Assembly (NCBI GenBank): GCA_038207085.1
Contig: JBBRAE010000022.1
Span: 1 to 46,607 of the forward strand
DNA from: Armatimonadota bacterium
GTDB taxonomy: Bacteria; Armatimonadota; UBA5829; DTLH01
Length of the DNA: 46,607 bases
Direction of reading: 5' to 3'
Both the position numbers and the translations under genes were made by a program. Below are positions 36,049-45,156 of this stretch, piece after piece. Numbering within the stretch: the stretch's first letter is position 1; each line of letters opens with the position of its first letter. The notes beneath the pieces are model-generated. The model saw nothing but the letters and a program-made list of their open reading frames with translations, ran no database searches and was not told the origin of the DNA.

Positions 36049-37809
36049 CTAATATCCACCCCGCCCAAACTCATCCATCTGTGCAATAAGCTCATCGTGT
36101 TCGTCGAGGAACTGCGGCGGGCATTTGAGCAGCTCGAATATGAAGCTCGACCCCTTGCCCATCTCGCTCTCCACCCAAATCCGTCCACCGTGAGCTTCTA
36201 CCAAATGTTTTACGATATAAAGACCTATCCCGGTGCCGCCGACCTCGCGGGTGTCGCGGTTATCGACCCGGTGGAACCGGTCGAACACCTTGGATAGATG
36301 CTCCTTCGGTATCCCCATCCCCGTGTCGCTCACCGTGCAACGCACCACGTCACCTATGTATTCAACGCAGATCGTAACCGTGCCGCCTCTTGGTGAGTAT
36401 TTTATCGCGTTGTTCGTAAGGTTGGTTAGAATCTGGTCGAGTTTGTCCTCGTCCGCTACGATGACCGGAATCTCTCCCCGGATCTCTACGGCGAGTTCGT
36501 GCCGAGTGCTGTAACTTCGCTGAACCGTGACGACCTTCTCCACAAGCTGTGGGACGTTGACAGGCTTGGGGTTGAGATCGAGCGCGCGCCCGGCTTCGAT
36601 GCGCGAAACGTTCAAAAGGTCGTTTATGAGCCGGGTCAGGCGGTCGCACTCGGAGTTGATGATATGGTAGAACTCCCGCACCGTCTCCGTGTCGTAGCTT
36701 GTGGCGTCCTCTTCGGCAAGGAGCGTGGTTATGAACCCCTTGATGGAGGTAAGCGGCGTGCGAAGCTCGTGTGAGACCGTGGAAACGAACGCGGTCTTCA
36801 TCCTGTCGACGCTTCTGATCTCGGTGATGTCGTTGAATATAGCGACCACCCCGATCGCCCGCCCGTGTTCGCCCCGGACTACAGCGGTCTGCACCTGATA
36901 GATGTTCTCCTCGTCCTCTTCGCCTGGTGTTGGAAGAGTCACTTCTTCTGCGACCTCTGTCGCGCTCTCTATGGAGGTTTTTAGAATCTCCCGGACCTTT
37001 TCTGACTCTATGCATTCTTGGTAGGAGCCGCTTGTCAGGTCCTCGTCGTTTATCCCAAGCATCGCCCGCGCGGACTGGTTGATCTGCATGATCCGACCCG
37101 CCTTGTTGACCATCAGGAGGCCCGAGTAGACGTTTTGGATGATGCTTTCGAGTTCTTCTTTTTCTTCAAGCACCTCGCGGTACATCTGGGCGCTTGCGAT
37201 CACCGACGCGGCGTTTCTTGAAAGACGGGTCAGCAGGTTGATGTCTTCCTGGATAAAAACGTTTCCGTCGCGTTTGTTAAAGACGTGCAGGACGCCGATC
37301 ACCCTGCTCTCGACCACCTTGTTGGTGTCCTGCTCGCGCTTCTCGATGATCAGCGGCACGCACAGGCCATTCTGGATACCGAAGCGCACGACATTGTCTT
37401 TCACCGTGCGGGGGTCGTTTGTGGCGTCGTAGATGATCACGGGCTTGCGCTCGCGGAATACTTCACCTGAAACTCCCTGGTCGGCGTTCACCCGCAGCGC
37501 CTTGATCTGTTCGTCGGTGAACCCGAGCGCCGGACGACTCGCAACTAGGTCGGCGGTCGGCTTGTCGTAGATCATAAAGACGCAGCGTTCGGCCTGGAGG
37601 ATCATCGCGATGCGGAAAACCAGTCGCTTCAGCGTTTCTTCCAGCTCGGAGAGTGGGGCCGGTCCTTCGGTGACGTCGGATGTCTTGAGCTTGTCCTCAA
37701 GCTGCCGGTTTGCGCGCTCAAGGGCGGCGACGGCGACCCGTTTCTCTTCCAGCTCCCTAAGAAGCGACTCGATCCGGTCATTGAGAAACTGAACATCCAC
37801 GGTATCCAA
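36049..37809 (-). CDS. Cytoplasmic GAF-PAS histidine kinase (WalK/PhoR-like transmitter)
   Basis: SHELRTPLTSI H-box, NLTNNAIKY, DTGMGI, GGTGIGL; no TM. Confidence 0.92.
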   Translation of the reverse strand: MDTVDVQFLNDRIESLLRELEEKRVAVAALERANRQLEDKLKTSDVTEGPAPLSELEETLKRLVFRIAMILQAERCVFMIYDKPTADLVASRPALGFTDEQIKALRVNADQGVSGEVFRERKPVIIYDATNDPRTVKDNVVRFGIQNGLCVPLIIEKREQDTNKVVESRVIGVLHVFNKRDGNVFIQEDINLLTRLSRNAASVIASAQMYREVLEEKEELESIIQNVYSGLLMVNKAGRIMQINQSARAMLGINDEDLTSGSYQECIESEKVREILKTSIESATEVAEEVTLPTPGEEDEENIYQVQTAVVRGEHGRAIGVVAIFNDITEIRSVDRMKTAFVSTVSHELRTPLTSIKGFITTLLAEEDATSYDTETVREFYHIINSECDRLTRLINDLLNVSRIEAGRALDLNPKPVNVPQLVEKVVTVQRSYSTRHELAVEIRGEIPVIVADEDKLDQILTNLTNNAIKYSPRGGTVTICVEYIGDVVRCTVSDTGMGIPKEHLSKVFDRFHRVDNRDTREVGGTGIGLYIVKHLVEAHGGRIWVESEMGKGSSFIFELLKCPPQFLDEHDELIAQMDEFGRGGY

Positions 37810-37862
37810 GGTTGTTACCTCGTTTTCGAATTATGCCACTGGGGATTCTTCGTACAGAGATT

Positions 37863-37892
37863 ATTATAGCAGGGGTAATTACCTGGGGTCAA
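37863..37892 (-). promoter_or_regulatory. Sigma70-like promoter of the kinase gene
   Basis: TTGACC-N18-TATAAT with extended -10 TG. Confidence 0.6.
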
Positions 37893-37948
37893 CTGCAGAT
37901 TCAATGATGAGTATATGTAAAAAGTGTCGACGGCAAATGTCCTTTATG

Positions 37949-38063
37949 TGGAGTGCGGCGAGCAATCGCCGCTTTGTTCTCGGGCGACAGCAAGGCGCGC
38001 AAGCGCCGTATTATCGCCAGTCGGAAGATTTGTGAAAGCGGCTCTCGCAATCCGCACTCCAAA
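37949..38063. repeat. REP-like doublet (GGAGTGCGG type)
   Basis: TGGAGTGCGGCG..CGCCGCTTT ... AAAGCGG..CCGCACTCCAAA. Confidence 0.7.
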
Positions 38064-38147
38064 GCTTGCTTGGCCGCTGCCGATAATTCCTAACATGCAT
38101 CTGTCTATGATCATCTGATGTATCGACTGAGGATGAAATATGGCGCG

Positions 38148-39659
38148 CTAATCTATGCCAATGACCACAATGGCGATGTCGTCTTTGAGCTTGCCACCGG
38201 CAAACGCCTGCACATCGTTTGCGAGGTAATCGGCCGCATCTCGCGCGCTGCGCTGCGCACATTCGCGCACGGCCTCAAGCATGCGCCGTTCCTCGTACAT
38301 CGCATTGCCCAGACGTGCTTCGCTCATTCCATCGGTGTAAAGTAGCAGCAGGTCTCCGGGGAAGAACTGTTGCACGCGCTCATCGAACGCGGCGTCGGAG
38401 AACAGTCCTGCCGCGACTCCGCTTGCGTGGAGTTCTGTTATCTCGCCTTGTCGTGAGACCACAAGCGGGTAGGGGTGTCCCGCGCCCGCGTAGGTGATCG
38501 TTCTCTTGCCGCAGTCGATCAGCCCGCAGAAAAGCGTGATAAACGCTTCTGGCCTCATCTGTGCGGAAAGCGCGAGGTTCGTGAGAGCAAGCGCCTTTGC
38601 AGGCGACTTGTATTCGAGCATATAGGAGCGAAGGACGTATTTCACCATCGCGGTGTACTCTGCTGCGGGAAGTCCTTTGCCGGACACGTCCCCGATTGCG
38701 ACCCAGATTTCGTCATCCGATATCTGGACGAAGTCGTAGTAATCGCCGCCCATCCTGCCCATTTCCCCTGCGGGTTTGTACCACGCCGCCACGTCCAATC
38801 CTCCGGGTCCATTGGAAGGCGTCGGCACCAGCACCTGCTGGAGCAGCCTGGCGTAACGGGCCTGGTCTTCTGTCCGAATGTGCGTAGCCACCGCTGGCCC
38901 GACGGTGTTGGCCATAGCCGTCGCAAGCGATATCTCTTCTGGTGAGAGTCTGCGCCGTTCGACAATTGATTCAAACGATATCGAACCTATCGTCCCCTCA
39001 GGCGTGGTAAGTGGGACTATCACTGCGGCACTCACCGGATCGAGCCCCGTGACTATAGATGAGTTCGGAGGCAGCTCTTCGCCTTCGCCGATTGACACCG
39101 ATCTTGATTCCCGCGCCGCCAAGGTGACTGCGCACCCCGCTCCCGCGATGATTCTGCCTCCAATGCCTTCAGCCGGAACGCTTTCAAGCCTGTCGCTCTG
39201 CAGGTTAAAGACCCACACACGGGCTCTTGCCTCAAGCGCCATTATGGCGGCTGCGTCTACCTGTTTGGCGATATCAGAGACCCTTCGAGCTGTCGCAGTC
39301 TCAGATGCGAGCTTGTTCAGCATTTCCAGGTTTCTAACTCGTCGGTTTACCGCAAGCGCCATGTCATTGAAGGCCAGCGCCACCTCTTTCATCTCATGTG
39401 GGAGTTCGGTTGGGATCCTGCTGTTGAAGTCACCTGCGGCCATTCTTCGCATGGGTGGCAAGAGCGCTTGAAGTGGGTTAGTGAGGACTTTGGAGAGCAT
39501 ATACCCAAGCAGCAGCCCGACAAGCGTGGCTACGACTCCGGCAGCGATGGTGTTATGCCGCTGGTTGCCGATCTTCATCGAGACGATGATCCAGCTTATT
39601 TCAATCCCCACCGCCAGCACCAGCGCCGTCAGCAGAGCGATTCTCAGCCTGATGCTCAA
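38148..39659 (-). CDS. Membrane HAMP-GAF-SpoIIE (RsbU-like PP2C) phosphatase
   Basis: 2 TM, HAMP, GGDYYD, IGDVSGKG, AGHP, YTDG..EA, DDIA. Confidence 0.92.
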   Translation of the reverse strand: MSIRLRIALLTALVLAVGIEISWIIVSMKIGNQRHNTIAAGVVATLVGLLLGYMLSKVLTNPLQALLPPMRRMAAGDFNSRIPTELPHEMKEVALAFNDMALAVNRRVRNLEMLNKLASETATARRVSDIAKQVDAAAIMALEARARVWVFNLQSDRLESVPAEGIGGRIIAGAGCAVTLAARESRSVSIGEGEELPPNSSIVTGLDPVSAAVIVPLTTPEGTIGSISFESIVERRRLSPEEISLATAMANTVGPAVATHIRTEDQARYARLLQQVLVPTPSNGPGGLDVAAWYKPAGEMGRMGGDYYDFVQISDDEIWVAIGDVSGKGLPAAEYTAMVKYVLRSYMLEYKSPAKALALTNLALSAQMRPEAFITLFCGLIDCGKRTITYAGAGHPYPLVVSRQGEITELHASGVAAGLFSDAAFDERVQQFFPGDLLLLYTDGMSEARLGNAMYEERRMLEAVRECAQRSARDAADYLANDVQAFAGGKLKDDIAIVVIGID

Positions 39660-39778
39660 CAGACATCCCTCCGGCAGAAGCGGACGCGAACGTTGAAACG
39701 CCCCTCAACGCTTGCCACGCCGCAAAACTTCATAGGCTTTCATACCCATTCGCATAAGTGTCGAACCGGATAAACATA

Positions 39779-39947
39779 AAAACGGCGGCATCTCCTTAGT
39801 AAATGGCGTCTTTTGCCATTTACGTTCCTGTCGTGGCACGAAGCCCGTGGCGACAGCAGTATGCAATACTGCGATAGCCGTCAGCGGCGCTGCATTTGCG
39901 CTGCGAAAGGCTTCGTGCCACGACTCTGAAGAGATAGCCGCCGTTTT
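39779..39947. repeat. Nested inverted-repeat structure (REP insertion in a terminator, or structured RNA)
   Basis: Outer AAAACGGCGGC/GCCGCCGTTTT; inner GTAAATGGC/GCCATTTAC; GTCGTGGCACGAAGCC/GGCTTCGTGCCACGAC; GCAGTAT/ATACTGC. Confidence 0.65.
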
Positions 39948-39970
39948 GAGTTTGCTTTTTGGGTGATCGC

Positions 39971-40657
39971 TTAGAACTTCAAAGCGTTGTAGCTGATACC
40001 AGCAGTGAAGTCGGAGAAATCGACCAGACCAGCATCGAGCCTGAGCTCATTGGTCAGCGCATAGCGGATGCCGCCATTGAAGTGTGAACCATCAACAATG
40101 CCCTCGTCGCTGCCGACGAACTCGAGCATAGCTGAGAACTTCGGGCTAAGGGTCCAGTCCAGACCAAGGAACACGCCATCAAGGATGTCGGTGCCGAAGC
40201 CGATGTAGCCGCGAAGCGGCTTGGACTCACCACCGGCAACCTCTTCGGCTGCGGCAGTGAGGTTGCGTCCGACCACGATGTAGATGGACGGGTCCTGGCC
40301 GATCTCAGAGGTTAGATCGATCACGCCAACGGTGACCGAAGGGCGAGTGCTAGTCTCAGAAAGAATTCTGTACTTGGCATTCAGAAGTAAATTGGTGTCG
40401 CCGAAATCCACAACGCCTGCGCTGGCCGACAGGTTCGGGATGATCCCGGTGCCGACTGTGTAGGTGTTGAGGCTCTGGCCGGAGTCGGATACGTCGTACA
40501 CGCCGTGATACGCGGGTGTCCACTCGCCGACTGCGTAGATGGAGTCATCCGGAATCTCGATGAGTCCACCGGTTCCATAGAGGTTGGGTGCGGCAGTGAC
40601 AGCGACTGCCGACAGGATCATGGTTGTCGCCAATGCGGCGACGGCTACGATTTTCAA
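39971..40657 (-). CDS. Outer-membrane beta-barrel-like protein (YjbH-domain-like)
   Basis: Start reassigned to TTG 40657 (AGGAGG RBS); signal peptide, 'YGTGGLIEIP', 'NAKYRI', amphipathic strands, C-terminal Phe. Confidence 0.7.
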   Translation of the reverse strand: MKIVAVAALATTMILSAVAVTAAPNLYGTGGLIEIPDDSIYAVGEWTPAYHGVYDVSDSGQSLNTYTVGTGIIPNLSASAGVVDFGDTNLLLNAKYRILSETSTRPSVTVGVIDLTSEIGQDPSIYIVVGRNLTAAAEEVAGGESKPLRGYIGFGTDILDGVFLGLDWTLSPKFSAMLEFVGSDEGIVDGSHFNGGIRYALTNELRLDAGLVDFSDFTAGISYNALKF

Positions 40658-40777
40658 GGCGAATCCTCCTATTTTTGCTTGAGGAGAAGCTGTCCTGCCC
40701 GTTTCCCACCAGAGTTTCCTTGTTTCCTCGGTGGTCCGTGGGCTGGAATAGTGCCTTTCCTTCAAGACTTACAGTGT

Positions 40778-40807
40778 AAACTGCAACAGATCACTATGTT
40801 GCAATTT
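40778..40807. promoter_or_regulatory. Palindromic operator candidate TGCAACA-N8-TGTTGCA
   Basis: AAACTGCAACA / TGTTGCAATTT upstream of the outer-membrane protein gene. Confidence 0.5.
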
Positions 40808-40906
40808 CGAAAGTGGGACAAACATGTCCCTGTAGCAGACAGACGTGGGATTCCCCGAATAATTGCCGTAATGGGAACAATAATTGTAGAGTTTGTTGGT
40901 TCGAAG

Positions 40907-41362
40907 TCAGGGGGTGATGATACCGAGGGTTATCAGCCTGTCGATGGCGAACTTGTCGGCTTTGGTCTGCTTGTAGTTTCCGTTCAGCCCCTGGGCGTGG
41001 TCGAGATAGTGGGAATACTCGTGCAGAAACACTGCGACAAGCACTTGATGTGGCGTGTGGAAGTCCTCCACGCGGAACTTCTGATAGATCACTTCCCGCC
41101 CGCGCGAGTCTTTCTTCGTGTAATACTCGCTTGTCTTAAACGGCACCTTGACCGGGTATCTGTTGGCGCGGTTGATCCTGAGCCTGATCAGCTTCCCGTC
41201 GGGGGCTTTGGGAGCGCGCCTGTAGTATGTCCCCGAGGCGATGCGCTTTGACCCCAGGGGACAGTATTTCACCTCAACCACAAGCTCGCCGTGGTCGAGC
41301 CCTTCAAGCGCCTGCTCAAGCATCGATGCGACATCGCACTCGGTGTAGTTACGAACGAGCAT
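40907..41362 (-). CDS. Small HExxH (zincin-like) hypothetical protein
   Basis: FLHEYSHYLD followed by 'ADKFA'. Confidence 0.6.
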   Translation of the reverse strand: MLVRNYTECDVASMLEQALEGLDHGELVVEVKYCPLGSKRIASGTYYRRAPKAPDGKLIRLRINRANRYPVKVPFKTSEYYTKKDSRGREVIYQKFRVEDFHTPHQVLVAVFLHEYSHYLDHAQGLNGNYKQTKADKFAIDRLITLGIITP

Positions 41363-42620
41363 TGGGTTTCTTCATAATCGCGCCGAGCGTCCCAAAGAAA
41401 ATCGCAAACAGCAGCGACAGCGGGAGCGCAAGCTTCGCCGAAGGCCCTAGGACGACCTTAGTCCGCGTGACAATGTCGCCAACGCCGATCGCGGTCGAGG
41501 TCGCAAGCGTGAAGAATATCACCCCAGCCGTCATCAAAAGCGTATAGAACCCTGCCATCATCGCCGCTGCGCCGAGCCTGCTTTCAGATCCGACCGCAGC
41601 CATTCGTCCCGCAAGGAACAGGCAGGCGGCGGGAACGATCATTGCCAGGAAGAACAGCGGCTTGATCGGCTTTTTCTTGCCTTCGCTCGCAAACCCCGAG
41701 AACAGTCCAGCCTGGTATGACTGAACCGTCGGCGAGGCCTCGGGAATGCCTGGTTTCGCCTCCACGCGACCTGTAAGCGTCACCCCATGCGCGAAATACT
41801 GCGCCCACGCCGCTCCCGTAGGCAGCAGAGTCGCATACGACCGGGCGGCTTTGGTCCGCTCAGCGGCGTTCATATTCTGCCCGGGAAGCCAGAGCCCAAG
41901 GAATATCGCAAAAATCGCCAGGAACACGATGTGACCGCCGACCGCAGCGGCAAACGCCCCTCTGACCCACCCCGGCCAGATCCCGTCGCTTCGCCTCAGC
42001 CCCCACAGCAGCGCCGCAGGCCCGCCGACCGCGCCGATTCCACCAAATATCAGCCCAAAGATAAGTCCGTTGAAGATCACGCTCGGCGTCGCAGGAAGTA
42101 GCATCGCAGAGACGAGCCCCGGGTCAAACTGGGGGATCGCCTCAGGCAGGCTCGGAAGCGCGACCGCCACACTCGGCGCTGAGCACCACGCCCTCGCTAC
42201 AAGAAGCGCGATCACATACGGCACGGCGATCATCGCGCCAGCAAGGAAGTTCCCCCGAATCCTGGCGATCCTGGCCGCGACGTGTCCACCGAGCATCAGC
42301 GCCGCCGCAGGGACGATTGCCCAAAGCGAGATAGGCCAGAGAATGCTGACTGAGAGGCTTCCCTCGCCGCCTGGCAGTCCCGCCCCCGCGATTCTTATGT
42401 GATGAATCGCCTGAAAGTTAAGCCCGGCGCGCGCGAGAAACGACTCCATCGACTTTCCCGCGGCTTCGGTCGGGGTGACAAGCCCAAGCCCGTGCCGGCA
42501 GAGCAGCGCGCTCGTGACATATCCAAACAAAGCAGCCACAATCGCGCCAACAACCACGGCAATCACTACAACCGGAAGCCCGCCACGTGGCTGCCGTCCC
42601 TGTTCATATTCCTGTGCCAA
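41349..42620 (-). CDS. Hypothetical multi-pass membrane protein
   Basis: About 8 hydrophobic segments with two internally similar halves; overlaps the next gene by 14 nt. Confidence 0.65.
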   Translation of the reverse strand: MAQEYEQGRQPRGGLPVVVIAVVVGAIVAALFGYVTSALLCRHGLGLVTPTEAAGKSMESFLARAGLNFQAIHHIRIAGAGLPGGEGSLSVSILWPISLWAIVPAAALMLGGHVAARIARIRGNFLAGAMIAVPYVIALLVARAWCSAPSVAVALPSLPEAIPQFDPGLVSAMLLPATPSVIFNGLIFGLIFGGIGAVGGPAALLWGLRRSDGIWPGWVRGAFAAAVGGHIVFLAIFAIFLGLWLPGQNMNAAERTKAARSYATLLPTGAAWAQYFAHGVTLTGRVEAKPGIPEASPTVQSYQAGLFSGFASEGKKKPIKPLFFLAMIVPAACLFLAGRMAAVGSESRLGAAAMMAGFYTLLMTAGVIFFTLATSTAIGVGDIVTRTKVVLGPSAKLALPLSLLFAIFFGTLGAIMKKPNARS

Positions 42621-42786
42621 TATCAGTTCCCTGCAATTCTATAAGTTATCTTCGGCTAATCACAGCCAACAGTGGGATTATATCACAGGGGAGGGGAATT
42701 GGGGGAGTCGCTAGTCGCCAGGGTGACGGCACGACCCAAATTGGACAGCCAACACAGCCATAAGCCTGTGCCAGAGGCAGGGAGCC

Positions 42787-42825
42787 GGTTAGGGGTTGGG
42801 CCCCACCAGCCCCCAACCCCTAACC
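42787..42825. terminator. Hairpin downstream of the ferritin-like gene
   Basis: GGTTAGGGGTTGGG / CCCAACCCCTAACC; no clear U-tract. Confidence 0.45.
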
Positions 42826-42838
42826 TCCAACCCCAATC

Positions 42839-43375
42839 CTAAATCTGCATCCAGCGCTCTTCCATCGCCATAATGCCGTCGGGATGGTTCAGGAAGTCGT
42901 GGGTGTCCTGAATCATCTTGAAGTGTCTTTCTTCTTCGGCTGCGAGGAAGTTAAACAACTGCTTTGCGCGCTCATCATGGACCTTCTTTGCAGCCCCCGA
43001 ATAGAAGTCGTAACCTCTGTGCTCCATATCCATTGCGACTTTGTAGGTCTCAAGCCGCTCGTCGCTAGACGCGCTCACCGTTTCGAACTCGGCCGCGAAT
43101 CGCTCGAATATGTTCTTGATGTGGCTGCCGGCTTCGGACAGTGAAATCTCTTTCAGCCGCGAGTCGTCCCACTCCTGCGCGCCCGCAAGGGTCTTTGCAA
43201 AGTCTTTTATAAGCTCGATATGGTTCAGCTCCTCGCTTGCAAGGAAGTCGAACGTTGCCTTGGCGAGAGCTGTATTTGCCGATTCCTTGGCGTTGGTGAG
43301 GATCTTGTGGCCCTCAACCTCATTGGCTATCGCGATGTCAAGAATTGTGTTGGGATCGTCAGGGATATTATTCAT
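42839..43375 (-). CDS. Ferritin-like/rubrerythrin-family protein
   Basis: Start reassigned to ATG 43375 (AGGAGG RBS); duplicated E...EExxH motifs (ANE/EELNH; DME/EEERH). Confidence 0.85.
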   Translation of the reverse strand: MNNIPDDPNTILDIAIANEVEGHKILTNAKESANTALAKATFDFLASEELNHIELIKDFAKTLAGAQEWDDSRLKEISLSEAGSHIKNIFERFAAEFETVSASSDERLETYKVAMDMEHRGYDFYSGAAKKVHDERAKQLFNFLAAEEERHFKMIQDTHDFLNHPDGIMAMEERWMQI

Positions 43376-43412
43376 AGCAGTGCCTCCTACCTCTATTGAT
43401 AACTCAGCAGTT

Positions 43413-43437
43413 ATACCCACCTGCCTATGACCTAAAC
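43413..43437 (-). promoter_or_regulatory. SigB/SigF-type promoter GTTTAG-N13-GGGTAT
   Basis: Matches the Bacillus SigB consensus GTTTAA-N12-14-GGGWAW, upstream of a stress-type gene. Confidence 0.65.
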
Positions 43438-43495
43438 ATGGCAGGCGTGAATATATCAGGTAATAATTGCAGGTATAGCAAATAGCCGCTTTTGA

Positions 43496-43512
43496 TTGGC
43501 ATAGTTCTTGCA
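43496..43512 (+). promoter_or_regulatory. Sigma54 promoter TTGGCATAGTTCTTGCA
   Basis: GG-N10-GC with TGGCA/TTGCA boxes. Confidence 0.7.
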
Positions 43513-43660
43513 GTAGAAAGAGTGTAAGAGAGATAGAATCACAAAGGAAAGTGTCGCAAGGAGGGTATTTCCATGCGAATCCAACGTGCGGTCGTCTGTG
43601 CGGGCGCTGATGTTGAGTTGCCCTGGGGCTGCGCGATGGAGAGTGGAGGATCCCAGAATA

Positions 43661-44665
43661 ATGTTTAGTAAAGGTAGCGTATTAGTGGTGGACGACGAGA
43701 TAAATCTCTGTCGGATCCTCGGCGCCAAACTGGCTAAGAGCGGCTACAGTGTTGTAGCTGTTCATGACGGCCAGCAGGCGGTTGATAAGGTCCGGGAGAG
43801 CGAGTTCGATGTCGTGTTGCTAGATCTTATATTGCCAAAAGTTGATGGGCTGTCGGCTCTCGCACAGATTCGCAGCCTGAACCATGACCTGCCGGTCATC
43901 ATCATGACCGCGTGTGGCAGCGCTGAATCGCTTGAAACCGCCCGAAACCACGGTGTCTCAGCATATATTAACAAACCGTTCGATCTCGACATTTTGGTCG
44001 AGCTCGTCCAGAGCACTTCCGCGGCAAGCTCGACGCGCAAGCAGAAGGGCATGCCTGGCGGGACGATCCTTTTCGTTAAGGATCAGCCTGTCACGATCGA
44101 GGTTCTAAACGGCAGGACGGGCGGCGTATTTGCGAGTCTTGTGGACTCCAAAGACGAGCGGACGCTTACACTCATCGCCCCGATGCGCGACGGGAATATC
44201 ATCGAGGTGGCGCCGAGGACACCGGTCAGAGTTGGGCTTGGCGCAAACGAGGCATATTACAGCTTCAACAGCTATGTGCTCTCCGTGAAACCTGGTGAGG
44301 CTCCCTTGCTCGTGCTCGACAAGCCCGGCGTCATCTACCGCACACAGCGGCGGCAGTCTCCGAGGATTGCGCTCGATGCTGCTGTGCGCTACGGCAAACT
44401 ATCGTCCGAGGACGAAGCGCCTGGCGCGCTTGTGACGGGTCGATCGAGCGACCTTGGTTCCGGCGGCATCAGAATTATCTCAGCCGAGCGACTTGATCCG
44501 GGCGATCTGGTCTACCTTGAACTGGACGCAATCGGCGGGGTGGGCCCCATAAACGCCGTTGCGGAGGTTCTGCGGTCAAGACCTGTTGACTCCGAATCGA
44601 GGTATTCCTCATCGATGAAGTTCAGAAAGCTGCGGGGAAACCTCGGCCGACTGCGTGTGGACTGA
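43661..44665 (+). CDS. Response regulator receiver fused to YcgR-like PilZN-PilZ domains
   Basis: Start reassigned to MFSKG (GGAGGA RBS); REC (VVDDE, LLDLILP, MTA, KPF); PilZ motifs QRRQSPR and DLGSGG. Confidence 0.85.
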   Translation: MFSKGSVLVVDDEINLCRILGAKLAKSGYSVVAVHDGQQAVDKVRESEFDVVLLDLILPKVDGLSALAQIRSLNHDLPVIIMTACGSAESLETARNHGVSAYINKPFDLDILVELVQSTSAASSTRKQKGMPGGTILFVKDQPVTIEVLNGRTGGVFASLVDSKDERTLTLIAPMRDGNIIEVAPRTPVRVGLGANEAYYSFNSYVLSVKPGEAPLLVLDKPGVIYRTQRRQSPRIALDAAVRYGKLSSEDEAPGALVTGRSSDLGSGGIRIISAERLDPGDLVYLELDAIGGVGPINAVAEVLRSRPVDSESRYSSSMKFRKLRGNLGRLRVD

Positions 44666-44711
44666 CTCTCGTTCTAACCTGGCCAACCACGCTTCATCGA
44701 CGAAATTCCTC

Positions 44712-44740
44712 TTGACGAGCCTCTGGTTAGGTGTTATAAT
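44712..44740 (+). promoter_or_regulatory. Sigma70 promoter of the tRNA
   Basis: TTGACG-N17-TATAAT. Confidence 0.8.
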
Positions 44741-44753
44741 CATACTCGCTCGT

Positions 44754-44829
44754 GGGGCCATAGCTCAGTTGGGAGAGCGGTTGCCTGGCAGGCAATAGGT
44801 CAGGGGTTCGAGTCCCCTTGGCTCCACCA
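44754..44829 (+). tRNA. tRNA-Ala (GGC)
   Basis: Cloverleaf GGGGCCA/TGGCTCC with G3:U70, anticodon loop CT-GGC-AG, TTCGAGT T-loop, encoded CCA. Confidence 0.97.
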
Positions 44830-44835
44830 AATATG

Positions 44836-44871
44836 AACCGGAAAACTATCCTGTATAGTTTTCCGGTTTTT
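44836..44871 (+). terminator. Intrinsic terminator after the tRNA
   Basis: AACCGGAAAACTAT/ATAGTTTTCCGGTT plus T-run. Confidence 0.8.
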
Positions 44872-44897
44872 GCGTTTTCGTATGTTCGTATGCTGTA

Positions 44898-45033
44898 GGA
44901 ATAAATGGACTGAGCCCTTTATTGGCAAAAGATCCAGCAGATTGTATACTGCTGCCATGCTAAGAGTAGCGCGTTCGGTAGTTGAAGAGGCCGACCGCGA
45001 AAGGCTTAACAAAGGGCTCAGTCCCCTTATTCC
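44898..45033. repeat. 23-bp imperfect inverted repeat enclosing 90 bp
   Basis: GGAATAAATGGACTGAGCCCTTT / AAAGGGCTCAGTCCCCTTATTCC. Confidence 0.65.
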
Positions 45034-45156
45034 CCCCCTTATTCCCTAAAACTCACCGAAAAAATGTCTTGACAAAGGGGTCCACCTTACATCTGCCTCA
45101 TGGTACAATGAGGTATGGTGGCTAGATCGGAAATCTTACGCTGGAGGCGTGGTCAT

